Source: Eledone cirrhosa
Lineage: Eukaryota
Reading direction: 5' to 3'
NCBI GenBank assembly: GCA_964016885.1
Contig: OZ024743.1
Span: 155,930,001 to 155,994,000 of the forward strand
Length of the DNA stretch: 64,000 nt
Shown here: in pieces, positions 1-12,779 of the stretch
Layout of the letters: each line of letters begins with the position of its first letter
How positions within the stretch are numbered: the first letter of the stretch is position 1
Translations under genes and position numbers: made by a program
The notes under the pieces: model-generated
Told to the model about the DNA's origin: nothing
Seen by the model: the letters and a program-made list of their open reading frames with translations, nothing else
The model's database searches: none

Positions 1-620
1 TCATTTCTATGTTCTCTAATTTACCCTTATGTTCTATTTTAGCATGTTGGTAGAGTACAGATGATTCTTTACTATCTTCAAGGTCTCGCCAGTGTTCATT
101 TGTGCGTTCCCCTATACTACGAGCTGTCTCACCTATGTACACTATATTTTTATCTCTACAGGGATTTCTTTGAAAAGGGTATGTCTTGCTAATAATTGTT
201 TTTATGGAGGTAACTGGTCTTTCTACTATCTTAATATTGAGTTTATGTTTATCAAGGGGCCTTCTAAATTTGTAATCTAATTCACCTTTAGGTGTTTTAT
301 CGATGAACATTACACTCTGGTATTTATTGCTATCATACCATGAGTTCATTCTATTAGCCTTATTCCTAGTTCTTTCTATTCTATTGCAAAATGTGCTCCT
401 ATACAAGGGGCAGGGCCCATTTGTGTCATTATTTACCATTTTTTCACATTAGGTTCTGGCTCCTCTATACACTCTGCTTTTATCTCTCTGATTTTAACCA
501 GAGAACTGCATACGGTTGATGAAGTGTTGTATGTGTCTCTCTAGTTCTTCCTGCGGGACACGTTTCTCATCACCCGTACCAAATCCGCAATCAGTATGTT
601 GATTTTGGTATGGTTCGAAA
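1..620 (-). mobile_element. Decayed Penelope-like element fragment (linker and GIY-YIG endonuclease), running off the window edge
   Basis: The minus strand from 160 translates by hand to CRDKNIVYIGETARSIGERTNEHWRDLEDSKESSVLYQHAKIEH, the PLE YIGET..R..EH motif. Upstream it reads QSVMFIDKTPKGEL. The upstream boundary is approximate. Confidence 0.7.
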
Positions 621-720
621 TAGCTGAGTTTCGGTGGATCAGATATTAGAGAGACACATACAACACTTCAAACTACTGGTGTGTGTGTTTCTTATTGGCA
701 ACATGACCCTCACAAAGTAT

Positions 721-724
<4 letters not shown>

Positions 725-787
<63 letters not shown>

Positions 788-799
788 TACAGATTATAG

Positions 800-858
<59 letters not shown>
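725..858. repeat. (TA)n microsatellite abutting the 3' end of the inverted Naiad pLTR
   Basis: Seen directly; one short interruption. Confidence 0.95.
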
Positions 859-860
<2 letters not shown>

Positions 861-2593
861 GAAAATAAAACAAAGAAGCCTTCAATACATCAAAAGTCTT
901 TATTAGCCAACAATGTTTCGTCCTATTAAGGACTCATCAGGGCAATCAAATCCACAAGAAGCAGAAGAAGCACTATCGGCCAATACAAGCCGAAAACTCC
1001 GAAGAATATGGAGTGTACACACACTAAAGTATTGGAAGATTATGGGTAAAAATATATAATAAAAATCACTAAGGAGGTGGATAACATTTTGAACCATATT
1101 ACTAATATAGTCCAAAGCAAAAAACTAGAGCTAAACAAAGGTGGTTATATAGAGCGGGAATTATAGTACTATATGTAATACAATATAATATAATATAATA
1201 TTCTTGTAACAATATTAAAATTAAAATTAAAATTAAAAGGCACAATATACATATGTATATATATACGCACACGTACGCACATATACATATACATCAATAC
1301 ACATTTCATCATTAACAGCACAAATTAAACCTTATTAAGAGTTTAAATATAAATAAGCATAATAGGAATAACAATAAAAATAATACGTATATCTAATATA
1401 CAGTATAACATGAAGTAATGAAATGATTAAAAGTAACACATATAATATATGATAAACTATATAATTATATAATATATAATATAATATAATATATAATCTC
1501 CGGTTAATTTCCACAATCAATATAGATGTCACAATAACACTATAATAATAATATAATAATATATAATATATAATGGCATTTAAGTTAACAAATCAATTCA
1601 TATAGAGTTAGAGAGCAGGTGAGAAAAAAAATATAAATTGTACAATACCCAAAATTATGATGGTACAAAAGTATATAAACATCTTACATGATATATAAAA
1701 TGTTACATGTCATAATGGTACATAAAATCATCGGTAAGTAACAAAGATCAATATTACATTTACAAAGAGTTGAGTAACAACTTCAATATAAAATAATGAA
1801 CATAATATAATATATAATTACTTATAATTACAAGGTTGGTAAACAGACACATATGTGAATGAGTGAATAAGGGCCAGACAGAAAATACTATGCACAGTAG
1901 TATTAATAAATAAATAAATAAAATCGACCGGAAATCAAAAAACAAAAACAAAAGTATTTATTTAGGTCTCACATGCAGTTAAGTAAAAACTTAGGAAACA
2001 ACCCGGATAAATGACTAGAAAACCCTATTTGATAAATTAATATTGAAAATATTTAAAATATCTAATAAGGCAATACAATATTAGCTATGGTTTAAGTGAT
2101 CAACATCCGTAAACATTAATATTTCACTATAAATATATATAGAATGGAATGAAATATTCTACTATCATTTACACAACGATATCTAAAAAACTGACTTAAG
2201 CAGAATTATGGTAGGCTAATAGGGACAGAAAAAATGAAATGTGTGGGGGATACAAAGGAGCATAAAATCATAATCAATATACTGTATTATATAATAGAAA
2301 GGAGCATAAAAAGGGGGGATTAAATATAATCATAATATATTTAAAGGGGTTAGCAATAAGTTTATGTGTGCATGAAGGGGGGGGGGGGGGAGGGTTATCC
2401 AAAGAAGAATCCAAATAAAATAAAATAAAATGAAATAAAATAGTATAAAATATATAATCAGATATATACTCTTAAGGTGTTAATAGTGAACATTTAATGT
2501 GTAAGAAGATAGATATGGTATAGTAGCCAAAAGATTATGAGAGCTAGAATAAAAAGTTGTCAAAAACCAATGATAATAATGATGATAATAATG
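859..2593 (-). repeat. Inverted pLTR copy (reverse complement of 3074-4811)
   Basis: Mirror ORF translations (903-1115/4531-4767, 1335-1532/4137-4334, 1760-1951/3719-3910). The junction at 2592-2593 has a 2-nt TG overlap. Confidence 0.95.
906..943 (-). ncRNA. Minimal type-I hammerhead ribozyme in the inverted Naiad pLTR
   Basis: The reverse complement reads GCC CTGATGA GTCC ttaata GGAC GAAA CATTG TT GGC. Confidence 0.88.
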
Positions 2594-4726
2594 CCCTTTA
2601 AACGGTAACTGCCTCTCTAAGATCATCGTTTATGCTTGCGTAGTTATAACTAATTCCTCTAATAGAACTTATATAGGCTCTACATCTAACACCTTTAAGA
2701 CCAGGTTTAATTCTCATATCTCTAATTTCAACCATGTTAAGTTTAAGAATTCTACTTCTTTAGCACACTATATTTGGGATCTTAAGGGGGCTATTATACC
2801 ATATAGCCTTAATTGGCGTTTAGTAGCACGCTCTAATAACCTTTCTACACATACTAAATGTTGTAATATCTGTATCCTCGAGACACACTCTATAATTTTC
2901 TCTAGTGAATCCTTACTTAATAGAAAGTATGAGATATTCTCTTCTTGCACCCACGCTATTTCTAATTCTTACTTTTATTATAAACCTAAAGGTTCTAGTA
3001 GTGTAAATTGTATCCATTAGCTGATATATTCCATTACTTATTATTTTTAGTTTAGGTTCTTTTTGTTTACCACCATTATTATCATCATTATTATCATTGG
3101 TTTTTGACAACTTTTCATTCTAGCTCTCATAATCGTTTGGCTACTTTACCATATCTATCTTCTTACACATTAAATTTTCACTATTAACACCTTATGAGTA
3201 TATATCTGATTATATATTTTATATTATTTTATTTTATTTCATTTTATTTTATTTTATTAGGATTCTTCTTTGGATAACCCCCCCCCCCCCACACCATGCA
3301 CACATAAACTTATTGCTAACTCCTTCAAATATATTATGATTATATTTAATCCCCCCTTTTTTATGCTCCTTTCTATTATATAATACAGTATATTGATTAT
3401 GATTTTATGCTCCTTTGTATCCTTCACACATTTCTTTTTTTTCTCTCCTCATTGGCCTACCATAATTCTGCTTAAGTCAGTTTTTTAGATATCGTTATGT
3501 AAATGATAGTAGAATATTTCATTCGTTTCTATATATATTTATAGTGAAATATTAATGTTAACGGATTTTGATCACTTAAACCATAGCTAATATTGTATTG
3601 CCTTATTAGGTATTTTAAATATTTTCAATATTAATTTATCAAATAGGGTTTTCTAGTCATTTATCCGGGTTGTTTCCTAAGTTTTACTTAACTGCATGTG
3701 AGACCTAAGTAAATACTTTTGTTTTTGTTTTTTGATTTCCGGTCGATTTTATTTATTTATTTATTAATACTATTGTGCATAGTATTTTCTGTCTGGCCCT
3801 TATTCACTCATTCACATATGTGTCTGTTTAACAACCTTTTAATTATAAGTAATTATATATTATATTATGTTCATTATTTTATATTGAATTTGTTATTCAA
3901 CTCTTTGTAAATGTAATATTGATCTTTGTTACTTACCGATGATTTTATGTACCATTATGATATGTTAAATTTTATATATCATGTAAGATGTTTATATATT
4001 TTTGTACCATCATAATTGTGTGTATTGTACAATTTATATTTTTTTCTCACCTGCTCTCTAACTTTATATGAAGTGATTTGTCAACTTACATGCCATTATA
4101 TATTATATATTATTATATTATTATTATAGTGTTATTGTGACATCTATATTGTTTGTGGAAATAAACCGGAGATTATCTATTATATTATATTATATATTAT
4201 ATAATTATATAGTTTATTATATATTATATGTGTTACTTTTAATCATTTCATTACTTCATGTTATACTGTATATTAGATATACGTATTATTTTTATTTTTA
4301 TTCCTATTATGCTTATTTATATTTAAACTCTTAATAAGGTTTAATTTTTGCTGTTAATGATGAAATGTGTATTGATGTATATGTATATGTGCGTACGTGT
4401 GCGTATATATATACATATGTATAGTGTGCCTTTTAATTTTAATTTTAATTTTAATATTGTTACAAGAATATTATATTATATTATATTGTATTACATATAG
4501 TACTATAATTCCCGCTCTATATAACCACCTTTGTTTAGCTCTAGTTTTTTTGCTTTGGACTATATTTGCAATATGGTTCAAAATGTTATCCACCTCCTTA
4601 GGGATTTTTATTATATATTTTTACCCATAATCTTCCAATACTTTAGTGTATGTACACTCCATATTCTTCGGAGTTTTCGGCTTGTATTGGCCGATAGTGC
4701 TTCTTCTGCTTCTTGTGGTTTTGATT

Positions 4727-4764
4727 GCCCTGATGAGTCCTTAATAGGACGAAACATTGTTGGA
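4727..4764 (+). ncRNA. Minimal type-I hammerhead ribozyme in Naiad pLTR (one stem I mismatch)
   Basis: GCC CTGATGA GTCC ttaata GGAC GAAA CATTG TT GGA, followed by AATAAA. Confidence 0.85.
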
Positions 4765-4985
4765 TAATAAAGACTTTTGATGTATTGAAGGCTTCTTTGT
4801 TTTATTTTCATAATTCTTCGGCTCTGTTTAATTACATTGAGCTATACTTTTTACTGTCATTTCTATAATATGAAGAGGGTATTTAACTCCAACACGCTCC
4901 AGTATTTTAATTCTTGTTACTGCTCCCGATTGGTTGAGCTTCCTCCTATATACTGGTGTTTTGGCCTTTATATATATCTGACAGT

Positions 4986-7700
4986 ATGCTAACAAAGAGT
5001 TACCTTCCTTTATCTCTGAAGAATATGCCCACCCCTCTAAGAATACTTAGGAAAAACTATTGATTGCTAGTGTTAACTCCTTCGTAAAAAGGATTAGATG
5101 GCGTGCTTTCCACTATGATATTAACAGGAATAGGAAGGACCCCAGAAATAAAACTCATTTTAATAACTATGGCTTCAAAACGTATAAGAGCCCACCACAT
5201 AATGTTCTATTAGATAATTTTGAAAGTGACTTACTCTCTCTTGTCAAAAGTATTAAGTATAGGCCAAATACTAGACATAGAAATTATAATAAATTTGATA
5301 AGTTCCAGTCTAGACTAAAAAATATTGTTAAGAGTTTTAGTGCGAATAAGTCTATCCTTGTCCCGGCGGAAAAGACTAAGAATCTATACTCTATGGATTG
5401 CAGAGCTTACCGTGACTTTATTTATAAGGAGCTGCATAGAAATTATAAAAAGACTACGCTATATAATTTGAACCATATCAATAGTGATGGTCTTAAAATA
5501 TTCTCGGACCTCGGCCTTGATAAGTATACCCAGCCATATTACCCTAGAGAACGGAGATTCACTCTTAAGGATCACAAGGTAGACTTCATTAGTAACCCCT
5601 CTGTTAGACTCATCTGTCCTTCTAAGTCCGATATAGCCATAATCAGTAAAAAAAATCCTTGAACTTGTTATACCAGATGTTAGGGATAAAGTTAATTTTA
5701 ACGTATGGGGGAACACTAAGGAAGTTATAGATTGGTTCTCTGGGATTAATAAACTTGAATCTAATAAGTTTATCCAGTTCGATATTGATGCCTACTACAC
5801 ATCGATTTCACCCATCCTCCTCAATAAAGCCTTAATGTTGGCCATGAGAGTGTCCAGCCTTACACGATCACAGGTAGATATTATACTAGCAGCCCGTAGA
5901 ACTATCATTAATGTTGAGGAAACATTTTGGACCCGTAAAAACACGCCCAACAATTTCGACGTTACAATGGGTTCGAGTGATTCGGCCTAGGTAACAGATC
6001 CTGTTGGGTTGTTCCTCCTAAATGAACTATATGTTAACTTTCCGCACCTTAAAGGCGGACTATATCGTGATGATGCATTGTTTGTGATTAACTCTAGCAC
6101 CAACAATGTCGAGGATAATAATAAACTTTGTAAGTTTGTTAAAAGATATAACCTTTCGATCACGATAGATAGAAACGATAGAGCGGTCAACCTTTTTGAT
6201 GTGACTTTGGACTTGGTCACTAATAGTTTTAAACACTTCCATAAGCCTAATGGAATACTTTTTTATGTTAGTCCCAATTCTAACCACCCCAAATCTATGA
6301 TAAGCTCTATATTTAAGGCTGTATCTAATAGGATTTCCACACTCTCTAAGGACGTAGGAACATTTAATGAACATGCGGAGTACTATAATAATGCCCTAGC
6401 TAATTCCGGTTACTCTAGTAAAATACATTATAATAATAGTAACCTTAGAAAGTCTCCGCTTACTTATAATAATAACATAATATCCCATAACATGGCCATG
6501 AATGGGAGTAGGAAGCATGATAATCGTAGTAATTACATAGGTGTATCTGAACCCATCCATAAGTTAACCCACCGGACTCGTAATAGGGAATATAATACCT
6601 CTAGGAATCAAATCGATCCCTCTGTGCGCTCACTCATTGGTGATGCTTTTGCTAGATCTAATTCTAATAATGTTGTTTCTACTGATCCTATTATTGGCCC
6701 TAATCCTTTTGATAGAATTCCAGACAGCAGCAGATCTACTAGAGGTAGAAACAGAAAGAGACTTTAATCGAATTTCGGCTGATTCTAATAATGCGGTTTT
6801 AACTAATCCTTGTAGTAACCCTAGTCTTAATAATGGGATATTGGATAATGGTAGAGTCGGAAAGGATAAAATTAGAAGGAGACTAAATACTTATTTTAAC
6901 CCGCCATATAATCAGGAAGTATTAACTAATATCCCTAGGTCTTTCTTTTCTATCTTAGAGAAATATTTCCCCCCTTCTCATAAATACCATAGTATTTTTA
7001 ATAAAAATATGATTAAGCTTTCATTCTCTACCACCCCTAATATTAGTTCTAATTTAGCTAGCACTAACAATAGGAAAATTAGGGATGGATACTCCTCTCT
7101 ACATACTACTAGTCTGAACAGATTTACAAATGCCTTACCACCAGAGCAGACCTTATCTAATAGTAATCCTACGTGTAATGCATCACTACTTCAGCCAATT
7201 AATACCACCCGGAAGTGTAACTGTAGAGTGAGTGCTAACTGCCCTTTAAACGGTAACTGCCTCTCTAAGAACATCGTTTATGCTTGCGTAGTTATAACTA
7301 ATTCCTCTAATAGAACTTATATAGGCTCTACATCTTACACCTTTAAGACCAGGTTTAATTCTCATATCTCTAATTTCAAACATGTTAAGTTTAAGAATTC
7401 TAATTCTTTAGCACACTATATTTGTGATATTAAGGGGGCTAATATACCATATAGCCTTAATTGGCGTTTAGTAGCACGCTCTAATAATCTTTCTACACAT
7501 ACTAAATTTTGTAATCTCTGTATCCTCGAGACACACTATACTTTTCTCTAGTGAATCCTTACTTAATAGAAAGTCTGAGATATTCTCTTCTTGCCCCCAC
7601 GCTATTTCTAATTCTTACTTTTATTATAGACCTAAAGGTTCTAGTAGTGTAAGTTGTATCGATTTGCTGATATGTTCCATTACTTATTTTTTTTTAGTTT
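4986..7700 (+). pseudogene. Naiad PLE RT/GIY-YIG polyprotein, copy A (stops and frameshifts)
   Basis: ORF pieces 5060-5662, 6009-6767 (GGLYRDDAL) and 6637-7551 (CNCRVSANCPLNGNC, NIVY, YIGST). ATG at 4986. The C-terminal LLNRKSEIFSSCPH is in a shifted frame. The end is approximate. Confidence 0.9.
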
Positions 7701-9360
7701 AGGTTCTTTTTGTTTACCACCATTATTATCATCATTATTATCATTGGTTTTTGACAACTTTTTATTCTAGCTCTCATAATCGTTTGGCTACTATACCATA
7801 TCTATCTTCTTACACATTAAATTTTCACTATTAACACCTTATGAGTATATATCTGATTATATATTATATATTATTTTATTTCATTTTATTTTACTTTATT
7901 TGGAGTCTTCTTGGATAACCCCCCCACCCATGCACACATAAACTTATTGCTAACCCCTTCAAATATATTATGATTATATTTAATACCCCCCTTTTTTATG
8001 CTCCTTTCTATTATATATACAGTATATTGATTAGGATTTTATGCTCCTTTGTATCCCACATACATTTCTTTTTTTCTGTCCATATTAGCCTACCATAATT
8101 CTGCTTAAGTCAGTTTTTTAGATATCGTTATGTAAATGATAGTAGAATAGTTCATTCCTTTCTATATATATTTATAGTGAAATATTAATGTTTACGGATT
8201 TTGATCACTTAAACCATAGCTAATATTGTATTGCCTTATTAGGTATTTTAAATATTTTTAATATTAATTTATCAAATAGGGTTTTCTAGTCATTTATCCG
8301 GGTTGTTTCCTAAGTTTTTACTTAACTGCATGTGAGACCTAAGTAAATACTTTTGTTTTTGTTTTTGGATTTCCGGTCGATTTTATTTATTTATTTATTT
8401 ATTAATACTACTGTGCATATTATTTTCTGTCTGGCCCTTATTCACTCATTCACATATGTGTCTGTTTACCAACCTTGTAATTATAAGTAATTATATATTA
8501 TGTTCATTATTTTATATTGAAATTGTTATTCAACTCTTTGTAAATGTAATATTGATCTTTGTTACTTACCGATGAATTTATGTACCATTATGAAATGTTA
8601 AATTTCATATATCATGTAAGATGTTTATATATTTTTGTACCATCATAATTGTGGGTATTGTACAATTTATATGTTTTTTCTCACCTGCTCTCTAACTCTA
8701 TATGAATTGATTTGTTAACTTACATGCCATTATATATTATATATTATTATATTATTATTATAGTGTTATTGTGACATCTGTATTGTTTGTGGAAATTAAC
8801 CGGAGATTATCTATTATATTATATTATATATTATATAATTATATAGTTTATTATATATTATATGTGTTACTTTTAATCATTTCATTACTTCATGTTATAC
8901 TGTATATTAGATATACGTATTATTTTTATTTTTATTCCTATTATGCTTATTTATATTTAAACTCTTAATAAGGTTTAATTTGCGCTGTTAATGATGGAAA
9001 TTTGTATTATGTATATGTATAAGTGCGTACGTGTGCGTATATATATACATATGTATAGTGTGCCTTTTAATTTTAATTTTAATTTTAATATTGTTACAAG
9101 TATATTATATTATATTATATTGTATTACATATAGTACTATGATTCCCGCTCTATATAACCACCTTTGTTTAGCTCTAGTTTTTTGCTTTGGACTATATTT
9201 GTAATATGGTTCAAAATGTTATCCACCTCCTTAGTGATTTTTATTATATATTTTTACCCATAATCTTCCAATACTTTAGTGTATGTGCACTCCATATTCT
9301 TCGGAGTTTTCGGCTTGTATTGGTCGATAGTGCTTCTTCTGCTTCTTGTGGTTTTTGATT

Positions 9361-9398
9361 GCCCTGATGAGTCCTTAATAGGACGAAACATTGTTGGC
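9361..9398 (+). ncRNA. Minimal type-I hammerhead ribozyme in Naiad pLTR
   Basis: GCC CTGATGA GTCC ttaata GGAC GAAA CATTG TT GGC, followed by AATAAA. Confidence 0.9.
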
Positions 9399-9619
9399 TA
9401 ATAAAGACTTTTGATGTATTGAAGGCTTCTTTGTTTAATTTTCTTAATTCTTCGGCTCTGTTTAATTACATTGAGCTATACCTTTTACTGTCATTTCTAA
9501 AATACAAAGAGGGTGTTTAACTCCAACACGCTCCAGTATTTTAATCTTTGTCACTGCTCCCGATTGGTTGAGCTTCCTCCTATATACTTGTGTGTTGGCC
9601 TTTATATATATCTGACATT

Positions 9620-12300
9620 ATGCTAACAAAGAGTTACCTGCCTTTATCTCTGAAGAATATTCCCACCCCCTCTAAAAATACTTACGAAAAACTATTGATT
9701 GCTAGTGTTAACTCCTTCGTAAAAAGGATTAGATGGCGCGCTTTCCACTATGATATTAACAGGAATAGGAAGGACCCCAGAAATAAAACTCATTTTAATA
9801 ACTATGGCTTCAAAACATATAAGAGCCCACCACATAATGTTCTATTAGATAATTTTGAAAGTGACTTACACTCTCTTGTCAAAAATATTAAGTATAGGCC
9901 AAATAATAGACATAGAAATTATAATAAATTTGATAAGTTCCAGTCTAAACTCAAAAATACTGTTAAGAGTTTTAGTGCGAATAAGTCTATTCTTGTCCCG
10001 GCGGATAAGACTAAGAATCTATACTCTATGGATTGCAAAGCTTACTGTGACTTTATTTATAAGGAGCTGCATAGAAATTATAAAAAGACTACGCTAGATA
10101 ATTTGAACCATATCAATAGTGAGGGTCTTAAAATAGTCTCGGACCTCGGCCTTGATAAGTATACTCAGCCATATTACCCCAGAGAACGGAAATTCACTCT
10201 TAAGGATCATAAGGTAGACTTCATTAGTAACCCCTCTGTTAGACTCATCTGTCCTTCTAAGTCCGATATAGCCATAATCAGTAAAAAATCCTTGACCTTA
10301 TTATACCAGATGTCAAAGATAAAGTTAATTTTAACCTATGGGGGAACACTAAGGAAGTTATAGATTGGTTCTCTGCGATTAATAAATTTGAATCTAATAA
10401 GTTTATCCAGTTCGATATTGATGCCTACTACATATCGATTTCACCCATCCTCCTCAATAAAGCCTTAATGTTGGCCATGAGAGTGTCCAGCCTTACACGA
10501 TCACAGGTAGATATTATACTAGCAGCCCGTAGAACAATCATTAATTTTGAGGACACATTTTGGACCCGTAAAAACACGCCCAACAATTTTGACGTTACAA
10601 TGGGTTCGAGTGATTCGGCCCAGGTAACAGATCTTATTGGTTTGTTCCTCCTAAATGAACTATATGTTACCTTTCCGCACATTAAAGGCGGACTATATCG
10701 TGATGATGCATTGTTTGTGATTAACTCTAGCACCAACAATGTCGAGCATAATAAGAAGAAGCTTTATAAGTTTGTTAAAAGCTATAACCTTTCGATCACG
10801 ATAGATAGAAACGATAGTGCGGTCAACTTTTTAGATGTGACTTTGGACTTGGTCACTAATAGTTTTAAACCCTTCCATAAGCCTAATGGAATACTTTCTT
10901 ATGTTAGTCCCAATTCTAACCACCCCAAATCTATGATAAGCTCTATAATTAAGGGTGTAACTAATAGAATGTCCACACTCTCTAAGGACGTAGGAGCATT
11001 TAATGAACATGCGGAGTACTATAATAATGCCCTAGCTTATTCCGGTTATTCTAGTAAAATACATTATAATAATAGTAACCTTAGAAAGTCTCCGCTTATA
11101 ATAATAACATAATATCCCATAACATGGCCATGAATAGGAGTAGGAAGCATAATAATCGTAGTAATTACATAGGTGTATCTGAACCCATCCATAAGTTAAC
11201 CCACCGGACTCGTAATAGGGAATATAATACCTCTAGGAATCAAGTCGAACCCTCTGAGCGCTCACTCATTGGTGATGCTTTTGCTAGATCTAATTCTAAT
11301 AATGTTGTTTCTACTGATCCTATTATTGGCCCTAATCCTTTTGATAGGATTCCAGACAGCAGCAGATCTACTAGAGGTAGAAACAGAAAGAGACTTAATC
11401 GAATTTCGGCTGATTCTAATAATGCGGTTTTAACTAATCCTTGTAGTAACCCTAGTCTTAATAATGGGATATTGGATAATGGTAGAGTCGGAAAGGATAA
11501 AAATAGAAGGAGACTAAATACTTATTTTAACCCGCCATATAATCAGGAAGTATTAACTAATATCCCTAGGTCTTTCATTTCTATCTTAGAGAAACATTTC
11601 CCCCCTTCTCATAAATACCATAGTATTTTTAATAAAAATGTTATTAAGCTTTCATTCTCTACCACCCCTAATATTAGTTCTAATTTAGCTAGCACTAACA
11701 ATAGGACAATTAGGGATGGATACTCCTCTCTACATAATACTAGTCTGAACAGATTTACAAATGCCTTACCACCAGAGCAGACCTTATCTAATAGTAATCC
11801 TACGTGTAATGCATCACTACTTCAGCCAATTAATACCACCCGGAAGTGTAACTGTAGAGTGAGTGCTAACTGCCCTTTAAGCGGTAACTGCCTCTCTAAG
11901 AACATCGTTTATGCTTGCGTAGTTATAACTAATTCCTCTAATAGAACTTATATAGGCTCTACATCTTACACCTTTAAGACCAGGTTTAATTCTCATATCT
12001 CTCATTTAAAACATGTTAAGTTTAAGAATTCTACTTCTTTAGCACACTATATTTGGGATCTTAAGTGGGCTAATATACCATATAGCCTTAATTGGCGTTT
12101 AGTAGTACGCTCTAATAACCTTTCTACACATACTCAATTTTGTAATCTATGTATCCTCGAGACACACTATACTTTTCTCTAGTGAATCCTTACTTAATAG
12201 AAATTCTGAGATATTCTCTTCTTTCCCCCACAATATTTCTAATTCTTACTTTTATTATAGACCTAAAGGTTCTACTAGTGTAAATTGTATCCATTAGCTG
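9620..12300 (+). pseudogene. Naiad PLE RT/GIY-YIG polyprotein, copy B (about 3 frameshifts)
   Basis: ORF pieces 9590-10363, 10468-11112 (FDVTMGSSDSAQV, GGLYRDD, FLDVTLDL) and 11124-12182 (GIY-YIG). The end is approximate. Confidence 0.9.
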
Positions 12301-12779
12301 ATATATTCCATTAATAATTTTTTTTAGTTTAGGTTCTTTTTGTTTACCACCATTATTATCATCATTATTATCATTGGGTTTTGACAACTTTTTATCCTAG
12401 CTCTCATAATCCTTTGGCTACTATACCATATCTATCTTCTTACACATTAAATGTTCACTATTAACACCTTATGAGTATATATCTGATTATATATTTTATA
12501 TTATTTTATTTCATTTTATTATATTTTATTTTATTTGGATTCTTCTTTGGATAGCCCCCCCCCCCCCCATGCGCACATAAGCATATTGCTAACCCCTTCA
12601 AATATATTATCATTATATTTAATCCTCCCTTTTTTATGCTCCTTTCTATTATATAATACAGTATATTGATTATGATTGTATGCTCCTTCGTATCCCTAAT
12701 ACGTTTCTTTTTTTCTGTCCCTATCAGCCTAGCACAATTCTCCTGGGAAACTTAATCAGACCTAGTCCTTTTTTTACAA

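Larger units (their letters stand above)
859..12741 (+). mobile_element. Naiad-type Penelope-like retroelement array: inverted pLTR (859-2593), 5'-truncated copy (2592-4811), full unit A (~4812-9443), unit B truncated in its 3' UTR (~9444-12741)
   Basis: The repeated units are highly similar. The ORFs carry SLKNIP, KRIRWRAF, PADKT, FTLKDHK, FDVTMGS, GLYRDD, YFNPPY, a CxC-x5-C-x5-C linker and a C-terminal GIY-YIG. An HHR lies at the 3' end of each complete pLTR. Confidence 0.93.

Noticed and set aside
4986-12300. Selenoprotein coding in the main Naiad array
   Set aside because: The conserved Cys positions I checked use TGT or TGC.
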